From positions 97,226 to 161,225 of the forward strand of contig JACRIK010000021.1 of the NCBI GenBank assembly GCA_016235865.1: a stretch of DNA of 64,000 nt, written 5' to 3'. Made by a program: the position numbers and the translations under genes. The notes under the pieces were generated by a model. It saw only the letters and a program-made list of their open reading frames with translations. It had not been told where the DNA came from and made no database searches. The DNA comes from Planctomycetota bacterium. Its GTDB lineage: Bacteria; Planctomycetota; MHYJ01; JACQXL01. Below are positions 56,973 through 64,000 of the stretch, one piece after another (the first letter of the stretch is position 1; every line of letters starts with the position of its first letter).

Positions 56973-58064
56973 ATGAAAATCATCTTTGCAGGCGGCGGAA
57001 CCGGCGGTCATCTTTTCCCGGGTATTGCTCTGGCCCAGGCGCTGTCTTCTAAATCATCAATCCTTTTTCTCTGCACCAACCGTCCGTTTGACAAGGCTCA
57101 GCTCGACCGCTATAAGTTTGCTTATCAGGCGCTGTCATCGCCGCGCCTGCCTTCAATAAAGAGACCCTGGACCGTTATTAGTTTCATTATTAATGTTTGG
57201 GCGGCTCTCTATCGAACAAACAGGTGTTTCTCTGGTTTTAAACCTGATATCGTAGTCGGATTGGGCGGTTACGGCGCATTCAGTTCATTAATCATTGCGC
57301 TGTTAAGAGGGGTGCCGTTTGTGTTATTGGAGCAGAATGTTCTGCCCGGTCGAATCTCGCGCCTGTTTTCACCCTTTGCCAGGCAGGTCTTCTGCCAGCG
57401 GGAAAAGTCACTGCGTCATCTCAGGAATAGAAAGAGCCTTATGGCAACCGGCAGTCCAATCCGCCAGGAGATTCTTTCCCATGTTAATCGCGGCAAGGCA
57501 GATGCCCGGAAGCAGCTTGGATTAACCCGGGAGCATATTATGCTGGTTATCGGCGGTAGCCAGGGCGCTGAGGCGTTAAATAGGGCAGTAGTAGATAACA
57601 TGGAACATCTTAAGAGACTGTCTGATAGATTAGGCATCGTTCATCTGACCGGCCAAAGGGATTATCAGCGTATTAAAGAGGCGTATGGGAAATCAGGCAT
57701 AGAGCATCTGGTAAAACCATTCAGCGATGATATGGGCTTGATATATGCCGCCTCGGACCTGGCGTTCAGCCGGTCCGGCGGGATTGCCATTTCTGAGATG
57801 ACGCTCTTCGGTCTGTCCATGTTTTTGGTGCCTTACCCGCAGGCCGCGGATAATCACCAGTTCTTCAATGCAATGGACGTCTATCAAAAAGGCGCCGGGA
57901 TTTTGGTTAGCCAAAACGAGCTCACCAGAAAGATGGCGTATATTCTATCTGATATAGAACGAAACGGCTTTCGGACATTAGGAGGAATTTCTCTTAAAGC
58001 CAAAATGATGGCTCGGCCCGGAGCCGCAGAAGAGATTATAGATTCTCTGCCTGCCCAACGATAA
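56973..58064 (+). CDS. murG: Undecaprenyl-PP-MurNAc-pentapeptide N-acetylglucosaminyltransferase
   Basis: GGGTGGHLFPG, GLGGY, EQNVLPG, GSPIR, GGSQGA, SRSGG, VPYP.AADNHQ.FNA. Confidence 0.93.
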   Translation: MKIIFAGGGTGGHLFPGIALAQALSSKSSILFLCTNRPFDKAQLDRYKFAYQALSSPRLPSIKRPWTVISFIINVWAALYRTNRCFSGFKPDIVVGLGGYGAFSSLIIALLRGVPFVLLEQNVLPGRISRLFSPFARQVFCQREKSLRHLRNRKSLMATGSPIRQEILSHVNRGKADARKQLGLTREHIMLVIGGSQGAEALNRAVVDNMEHLKRLSDRLGIVHLTGQRDYQRIKEAYGKSGIEHLVKPFSDDMGLIYAASDLAFSRSGGIAISEMTLFGLSMFLVPYPQAADNHQFFNAMDVYQKGAGILVSQNELTRKMAYILSDIERNGFRTLGGISLKAKMMARPGAAEEIIDSLPAQR

Positions 58065-58088
58065 AAGTTATGATACGGGTGTTCGGGA

Positions 58089-58553
58089 TTACTCGGAATT
58101 TGCTTCTAACGGGGACAGATATTTTATAAGGGTGAGTTTATTACCCGGCGGGGTAAAGATGAGTTCATTAATGCACTTCCTCATCAGGGCCAGGCCCAAG
58201 CCGCCCGGCGATCCGTATTTAACCGTCTTTTCTATCAATTTCGGGGCCTCGAATTCAATCAGCGGAACCTCCAGATGTTTGGTGAAATCGAACCCGTTTC
58301 CCTCGTCCTTGACCGTCAGGGTGATTTTAGACGCCTCATAAATATATTCCACCTCAACGAATTTGGCTGGCGAGAATTTATTTCCGTGAATGACCGCATT
58401 ATCAATGGCCTCGCCCACGGCCAGCATAAATTTCCGTTTGACATCGTCGGCTATTTTCTGGCCATCCAGGCATTTGTTAATCAGTTCAAAAACCCCGCGT
58501 GACATTTCCGGTGAAGTGCTGAATTTTACCTGTAGCTGCTGACGGTTTTTCAT
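58089..58553 (-). CDS. Orphan anti-sigma factor-like ATP-binding protein (RsbW/HATPase_c_2)
   Basis: LAVGEAIDNAVIHGN, VKDEGNGFD, GGLGLALM, GNKLTLIKY. Confidence 0.88.
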   Translation of the reverse strand: MKNRQQLQVKFSTSPEMSRGVFELINKCLDGQKIADDVKRKFMLAVGEAIDNAVIHGNKFSPAKFVEVEYIYEASKITLTVKDEGNGFDFTKHLEVPLIEFEAPKLIEKTVKYGSPGGLGLALMRKCINELIFTPPGNKLTLIKYLSPLEANSE

Positions 58554-58608
58554 AAGCTAAGTTGCTTTCTTTCTCGGCACTGTCTCTAACCGCCGTTTGT
58601 GAAACAAT

Positions 58609-58754
58609 ATACTAACTCATCGCTAATTAGTTGTCAAGGTTTTTCTGTAAGTTTATTGTGATTATCGCTGGTGCAAATTTATCCGGCGGCGGATAATCCG
58701 CTGATTAGGAAGCGATGGATTTTCGTTGACTCGGGCGGGCATTTTTGATATACT
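58609..58754. promoter_or_regulatory. Divergent sigma70 promoters for the rsbW-like gene (-) and tRNA-Leu (+)
   Basis: Minus strand TTGACA-17-TAGTAT (58637-58609); plus strand TTGACT-17-TATACT with extended TG (58726-58754). Confidence 0.6.
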
Positions 58755-58768
58755 TTGATGCGATTAGG

Positions 58769-58850
58769 GCGCGGGTGGTGGAACTGGCAGACACGTAGGT
58801 TTTAGGAGCCTATGCCTCACGGCTTGCGGGTTCAACTCCCGCCCCGCGCA
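58769..58850 (+). tRNA. tRNA-Leu (anticodon TAG), CCA not encoded
   Basis: Acceptor stem GCGCGGG/CCCGCGC + A, D arm TGGTGGAACTGGCAGACAC, anticodon arm TAGGT-TTTAGGA-GCCTA, long variable arm, T arm GCGGGTTCAACTCCCGC. Confidence 0.95.
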
Positions 58851-58945
58851 TTAGAATCTGTTAAGCCGAAGGCTGTTACAGATTCTTATCCCGCACATAA
58901 CCAGATTCTGCGCATCAGCAAAGCAGTAGATTATGTGCGGGATTA
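58851..58945. repeat. Two hairpin elements stacked at TTA sites: TTA-[32 bp]-TTA-[54 bp]-TTA
   Basis: GAATCTGTTA..CCGAAGG..GTTACAGATTC then TCCCGCACATAA...TTATGTGCGGGA. Confidence 0.8.
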
Positions 58946-58977
58946 GAACGGGGAGAACAAAGAGGATAAATAGAACT

Positions 58978-61578
58978 ATGCGTTTTGATAAATTTACCAT
59001 TAAGTCACAGGAGGCCATGCATCAGGCTGAAACCATTGCCGAGAAAAACGGCCATCAGGAGCTCCAGCCCGAACATCTTCTGCTGGCTTTATTGGAACAG
59101 CCCGAAGGATTGGTTACGCCTATCCTACAAAAAGTCGGCGTTAATATCCAGCAACTGACTCAGCGTATCCAGGACGAGTTCAAGAAATTGCCTAAAATAG
59201 AGGGTTTTATCGGACAGATTTATATCTCTCCCCGCTTAAAGCATATTCTGGAATCGGCGGTCAAGGAAGCCGAACGACTCAAGGACGAATATATTTCGAC
59301 CGAGCATATTCTGCTTGGTATCTTTGAAGACAAACAGGGCGCTCTGGTTAACACGCTCAACGGCTTGGGTATAAGCAAGGACCGTATCTATGCGGCCCTG
59401 ACTGAGGTGCGTGGCTCGCAGCGGGTGACGGACCAGCAGCCGGAGAGCAAATACCAGACCATGGAAAAGTACTGCCGTGACCTGACCAAGCTGGCCCGGG
59501 AGGGCAAACTGGACCCGGTCATCGGACGGGAAGACGAAATCAGGCGGGTGATGCAGGTGCTCTCGCGCCGCACCAAGAACAATCCGGTCCTGATTGGCGA
59601 ACCGGGTGTGGGCAAGACTGCGATTGCCGAAGGTTTGGCTCGGAGAATTATCCAGGGCGACGTGCCGGAGCCATTAAAGAATAAGCGGGTGATGGCTTTG
59701 GATTTAGGTGCGTTGGTGGCCGGCACCAAATACCGGGGTGAGTTTGAAGACCGCCTCAAGGCGCTACTCAAGGAAATCGGCCAGTCCGAAGGCGAAATCA
59801 TATTATTCATAGACGAACTCCACACCGTGGTCGGCGCCGGAGCAGCCGAGGGCGCCCAGGACGCATCAAATATGCTCAAGCCGGCCCTGGCCCGCGGTGA
59901 ATTGCGATGCATCGGCGCCACCACGCTCAATGAATACCGCAAATACATAGAAAAAGACGCGGCCCTGGAACGCCGGTTCCAGCAGGTTCTGATCGGCGAG
60001 CCGACAGTTGAGGATACCATTTCCATCCTGCGCGGATTAAAGGAACGTTATGAGGTCCATCACGGCGTGCGCATTCAGGATGCGGCCCTGGTTGCAGCGG
60101 CAACATTATCGCAGCGCTATATCTCGGACCGGTTTCTGCCGGACAAGGCCATTGACTTGGTGGACGAGGCGGCCTCAGCCCTTCGGTTGGAACTGGACAG
60201 CATGCCCCAGGAGATTGACAACCTCCAGCGCCGGATAATGCAGCTGGAAATCGAAATGCAGGCGCTTAAGAAAGAAACCGATCCGGCCAGCAAAGAGCGT
60301 TTCGCCAAGGCCGACAAGGAGCGCAAGGATCTGAACGAGCAGGTTACCGGTCTGAAGGCCCAATGGCAGAACGAAAAGAAACTGATTCAGGAAACCAGCG
60401 GGCTTAAAGAAAAGATAGAAACTGAAAAGTTAAAATTGGAAGACCTGATGCGCAAGGGTAGTTTGGACAAGGTGGCCGAAATCCAATACGGAATTCTGCC
60501 CGGCCTGCAAAAGCAGCTCGAAGCCCAGAACAAGAAATTAGCCGAGGTTCAGAAGAAATCCCAGATGCTCCGTGAAGAAGTGACTGAGGAGGATATTGCC
60601 GAGGTGGTGGCCAAATGGACCAAGATACCGGTGGCGCGGCTGGTCGAAAGTGAGGTTCAGAAACTGCTCAAGATGGAAGAGCGCTTGAGCCAGCGTGTGG
60701 TTGGCCAGGATGAGGCGCTCAAGGCGATTTCCGATACCATCCGCCGGGCCCGGGCCGGACTCCAGGACCAGAATAAGCCCATTGGTTCATTCATCTTCAT
60801 CGGGCCGACCGGCGTGGGCAAAACCGAACTGGCCAAGGCCTTGGCCGAATTCCTGTTTGATACCGAAGCTGCGCTGGTGCGCATAGATATGTCCGAGTAT
60901 ATGGAAAAGCACACGGTTTCCCGGCTGGTCGGCGCGCCGCCCGGATATGTCGGCTACGAGGAAGGCGGGCAGCTGACCGAGGCCATTCGCCGCCGGCCCT
61001 ATGCCGTGGTCCTGTTCGACGAGATAGAAAAAGCCCATCCTGAGGTGTTCAACGTTTTTCTCCAAATCCTGGACGACGGACGCTTGACTTCCGGGCAGGG
61101 CAAGGTGGTTAATTTCAAGAATACTATTGTCATCATGACATCGAATATTGCCTCTGATGTCATGAAGGAGTATGCTGAGGCCAAATCACCGGACCCGGTC
61201 AAGGTCAGGCAAAAAGTCATGGAAGTCCTGCGCCAGGGTTTCAAGCCGGAATTTATCAACCGGATTGACGATATCATTATCTTCCGTCCGCTGGACAAAG
61301 CAAATATCATCAAGATAGTGGATATCCAGATCGGTCTGTTGCAGAAACGTCTGGATGAGCGCAAGATAAAAATCAGTTTGAACAAGGAGGCCAAGGAAAT
61401 GCTGGTTCTGGACGGCTATGACCCGGTCTACGGGGCCCGGCCGTTAAAGCGCCTGATTCAGCACAAGATCCAGGACCCGCTGGCGCTCCAGATGCTGGAC
61501 GGTGAATTCAAGGCCGGCGATACCATCAAGATTACCCCGAGTAAAAAAGATATCGGTGAGTTTGAGTTTAGCAAGTAA
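58978..61578 (+). CDS. clpB: ATP-dependent chaperone ClpB
   Basis: MRFDKFT start, two AAA+ modules ([16 protein letters not shown]), long coiled-coil M domain, [17 protein letters not shown]. Confidence 0.96.
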   Translation: MRFDKFTIKSQEAMHQAETIAEKNGHQELQPEHLLLALLEQPEGLVTPILQKVGVNIQQLTQRIQDEFKKLPKIEGFIGQIYISPRLKHILESAVKEAERLKDEYISTEHILLGIFEDKQGALVNTLNGLGISKDRIYAALTEVRGSQRVTDQQPESKYQTMEKYCRDLTKLAREGKLDPVIGREDEIRRVMQVLSRRTKNNPVLIGEPGVGKTAIAEGLARRIIQGDVPEPLKNKRVMALDLGALVAGTKYRGEFEDRLKALLKEIGQSEGEIILFIDELHTVVGAGAAEGAQDASNMLKPALARGELRCIGATTLNEYRKYIEKDAALERRFQQVLIGEPTVEDTISILRGLKERYEVHHGVRIQDAALVAAATLSQRYISDRFLPDKAIDLVDEAASALRLELDSMPQEIDNLQRRIMQLEIEMQALKKETDPASKERFAKADKERKDLNEQVTGLKAQWQNEKKLIQETSGLKEKIETEKLKLEDLMRKGSLDKVAEIQYGILPGLQKQLEAQNKKLAEVQKKSQMLREEVTEEDIAEVVAKWTKIPVARLVESEVQKLLKMEERLSQRVVGQDEALKAISDTIRRARAGLQDQNKPIGSFIFIGPTGVGKTELAKALAEFLFDTEAALVRIDMSEYMEKHTVSRLVGAPPGYVGYEEGGQLTEAIRRRPYAVVLFDEIEKAHPEVFNVFLQILDDGRLTSGQGKVVNFKNTIVIMTSNIASDVMKEYAEAKSPDPVKVRQKVMEVLRQGFKPEFINRIDDIIIFRPLDKANIIKIVDIQIGLLQKRLDERKIKISLNKEAKEMLVLDGYDPVYGARPLKRLIQHKIQDPLALQMLDGEFKAGDTIKITPSKKDIGEFEFSK

Positions 61579-61603
61579 GATGGTGTTGGCAGAACAATAA
61601 ACC

Positions 61604-61708
61604 TTGACCCCGCGCATAATATTTGTATACTTATGTAATGGGTGTCAGATAAGATTGTTTATTAAAACTACTGACGAATGAATAAAAGGGTTTATGTGCG
61701 GGGTTGAC
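61604..61708. repeat. Inverted-repeat element TTGACCCCGCGCATAA...TTATGTGCGGGGTTGAC
   Basis: Same arms as 13825-13913 (one substitution) with an unrelated 72-bp interior. Confidence 0.85.
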
Positions 61709-61721
61709 ATCAAGAGGATAA

Positions 61722-62798
61722 TTGGCTACTCTAAATAATATGCAGATTCAGGAATCAATTGTTAATGCGGTGAGTTTGTTGAACGGATGCAAGGATTATT
61801 CCGAGGCGTTATTGAATATCTCGGAGGAAATACTGAATCATCTCAGTGCGGATAGCTGCGTCTTTTTCTCGGTTGATGCGGACGAGGTCATTCCCGATAT
61901 GTTCGCCGTGGTTGGAAGAAAGCCGCAGGCCCTGACCAATAAACTTTCTGCCAATAGTCGAAATACCATGTCATCCTGGGTGGTCCAGAACGGTGAGACT
62001 ATAATACTGGATGCTTCCAGTAATGACCCGCGTTATAGCGAGGAGTTAAAATTACTCGGGGCAATGGCCCAGATCGCGCCGGTTATTATAAGTATCCCGC
62101 TGGTCTGCGTTGGTTCTTTGGTCGGGGTGATGGATGTTATGGTCACCAGCCGGCGACATGTCAATAATGAAGAATTGATTCCGGTTAATCCGCTGATTAA
62201 TATTGCGTCATTGATTTACTCGCGGCGCTATAGCAACGGCCTGACCAAGCTGGCCGAGATATCGGTCCAGCTGCTGGAAGGCCGGGATTATTACACGCAC
62301 GGACACTCTATGCGGGTGGCTAATTATTCCCTGGCCATTGCCGATAAATTGGGGTTGACCGAATTGCAGAAACAAAAAATCAGGTTGGCATCTATCTTGC
62401 ACGATATCGGAAAACTCACCTTCAGCGATACGCTCTTTAAGGCCGACCGGGCCCTGACCAAGTTAGAGCTGAAGATTATCGAGATGCACCCGATTATCGG
62501 TGCCAATATCATCTCGGAAATCAATAAAAGCATCGCCACTGTCATCCGCTCCCATCACGAGCATTATGACGGCTCGGGATACCCGGATGGTTTAAAAGGC
62601 AAGGCCATACCGTTGTTATCCATGATTATTGCCATCAGCGATGCCTTTGACGCCATGCTGACCGAGCGGCCTTACCAGCAGGCCACCGATGTTAAGACGG
62701 CGCTTGAGGAAATCAAAAATAAGAGCGGCACGCAATTCGATCCTGAGGTTGTCAATGTCATGCTGGAATGCTACAACTCCGGGAAATTGCAGTGCTAA
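61722..62798 (+). CDS. GAF + HD-GYP domain protein (cyclic-dinucleotide phosphodiesterase-like)
   Basis: GAF-like N-terminus (NDPRY, SIPL..GSLVGV); YTHGHSMRV, LHDIGK, HHEHYDGSGYPDGL, DAFDAMLTERPY. Confidence 0.9.
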   Translation: MATLNNMQIQESIVNAVSLLNGCKDYSEALLNISEEILNHLSADSCVFFSVDADEVIPDMFAVVGRKPQALTNKLSANSRNTMSSWVVQNGETIILDASSNDPRYSEELKLLGAMAQIAPVIISIPLVCVGSLVGVMDVMVTSRRHVNNEELIPVNPLINIASLIYSRRYSNGLTKLAEISVQLLEGRDYYTHGHSMRVANYSLAIADKLGLTELQKQKIRLASILHDIGKLTFSDTLFKADRALTKLELKIIEMHPIIGANIISEINKSIATVIRSHHEHYDGSGYPDGLKGKAIPLLSMIIAISDAFDAMLTERPYQQATDVKTALEEIKNKSGTQFDPEVVNVMLECYNSGKLQC

Positions 62799-62921
62799 AT
62801 ATCAAGAATAGTAACCACAGATAAACACAGATTAACACTGATTTTATCTAATCTGTGCTACTCCATTGCCATAGTAATAATTCATATCTGGTATCGACCA
62901 GGAGTTTTTCTCTCCATTATC

Positions 62922-63017
62922 GTCATTTCCGTGTAAACGGGAATCCAGTATTAGGTTTTTGGATTCTTCCTGAGTTTAATACGTAAATGCCTGGACTCCT
63001 GCCTTCGCAGGCGTGAC
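62922..63017. repeat. dRS3/REP-like paired hairpin element
   Basis: GTCATTTCCGTGTAAACGGGAATCCAG...CTGGACTCCTGCCTTCGCAGGCGTGAC. Confidence 0.75.
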
Positions 63018-63123
63018 AAACACGTGGTTGGAATGGTATGGGGAATAAGCTTGATAGATTATGGTGATTTGCGGCTAATAACCACAGATTTAATTATCTG
63101 TGTATATCTGTGTAATCTGTGGT

Positions 63124-64000
63124 TTATAGTTCTCTTAGCGATTCCTTCAGATTTGCTTCCTGTTTGGCCAGTTCTTCCTGCCTGAGCAATTCTTTTTGGA
63201 GAATGGCCTGGGGCGCCCGTGATTTGAAATTCTCGTCGGATAATTTATTGGTCACTAAAGCCAGTTGTTCCTTGATTTTGATCAGGCGCTGTTCCAGCCG
63301 TTTTTTCTCCGCCTCCGGGTCAATAATTCCCTCCAACGGTATGAAAAGCTGCAAAGCATTGACGATTTCGGTGGCCGAGTGTTTGGGTTTGGCCAGTTTT
63401 ACGCCCATCTCTATCTTACCCAGATTAGCCTGATGCTTAATCAGTTCTTCATGCGGCCGAATGCCGTCCAGCGCTTTGCTCACTTCAGCCGAGATAATCA
63501 GGTCTAACGCCTGCTTGCGCTCGATTGTCATCTTATTGCGGATATTCCGGACACTCCGGATGATGCCGATATTTATTTCCATTGTCTGCTCAATCTGCTC
63601 GTCTATCTGCTTGGGCTCGGCCGACGGCCAGGTTGCACTCATCACTGATTCGCTCTGGAAATGTTCCGGATATTGCTCCTTAAACTTCTGCCAGAGTTCC
63701 TCGGTGATAAACGGGATGAAGGGATGGAGCATGCGCAGGGTATTGCTGAAGAGATAAAAAAGCGTAGAGCGTGTAGCGTTGAGCGTAGAGGCGTCTTGGC
63801 TGTATAATCTTGGCTTGATGATTTCCAGATACCAGTCGCACAAATCGCTCCAGAAGAAGTGGTAAATCAAGTGGGCCGCCTCGCTGAATTGGTAGGTCTC
63901 TAAGGCCTTGGTATAATCGCGGATGGTGGTGTTCAGGCGGGAGAGAATCCAGCGGTCTTCGAATGTGTCGTGCGTTGTGGGTTGTGTGTCTTGGGTTTTT
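63124..64000 (-). CDS. valS: Valine--tRNA ligase, C-terminal part (runs off the window)
   Basis: DRWILSRL, FFWSDLCDWYLE, LHPFIPFITEELW, coiled-coil arm KLSDENFKSRAP. Confidence 0.93.
   Translation of the reverse strand, partial: KTQDTQPTTHDTFEDRWILSRLNTTIRDYTKALETYQFSEAAHLIYHFFWSDLCDWYLEIIKPRLYSQDASTLNATRSTLFYLFSNTLRMLHPFIPFITEELWQKFKEQYPEHFQSESVMSATWPSAEPKQIDEQIEQTMEINIGIIRSVRNIRNKMTIERKQALDLIISAEVSKALDGIRPHEELIKHQANLGKIEMGVKLAKPKHSATEIVNALQLFIPLEGIIDPEAEKKRLEQRLIKIKEQLALVTNKLSDENFKSRAPQAILQKELLRQEELAKQEANLKESLREL

Noticed and set aside
58851-58977. CIRCE operator or integration scar after tRNA-Leu, and the longer clpB start at 58933
   Set aside because: No TTAGCACTC-N9-GAGTGCTAA and no second copy of the tRNA 3' end was seen. 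The 58933 ATG lies within the repeat arm, while MRFDKFT at 58978 fits ClpB N-termini

Overview
Bacterial chromosomal window, densely coding and mostly housekeeping. It probably comes from an anaerobic Planctomycetota-like organism (inference from SpoVG with a Zn-ribbon insert, the conserved CxxC protein at 4.5 kb and a PGNW-type EF-P). Recognisable genes: a carboxyltransferase/oadA-type cluster, two PilT/PilU ATPases, uvrA, lpxC-fabZ-lpxA-mrdA, efp-lipB-lipA, topA, a ROK kinase, porCDAB, accD, rimO-pgsA-pgpA, an RsbU/W/V partner-switching module, larA, spoVG-ispE-panC-folK-pssA-psd, ftsB-like, ruvB-rplS-trmD, a fumarase beta subunit, a HEAT protein with a polyferredoxin, asd, mnmG, rfbB, murG, tRNA-Leu(TAG), clpB, GAF-HD-GYP and partial valS. 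Two accessory islets stand out. (1) 19.0-22.6 kb: a Bro-N gene bracketed by a duplicated topA 3' end, a TPR gene and a 17 x 22-bp hairpin array. (2) 41.6-45.6 kb: a beta-barrel gene, an RCC1 lipoprotein with a Tyr-rich loop, a degenerate GIY-YIG fused to a helical domain, a 4 x 42-bp hairpin array and a related helical/Ig-like protein; this second islet is my best candidate for an undescribed system. Several families of tiny palindromic or heptamer elements are scattered through the window, stacked at TTA sites or inserted in frame in conserved genes. I found no CRISPR-Cas, integrase, transposase or reverse transcriptase. All product calls come from motif recognition by eye; no database searches were run.
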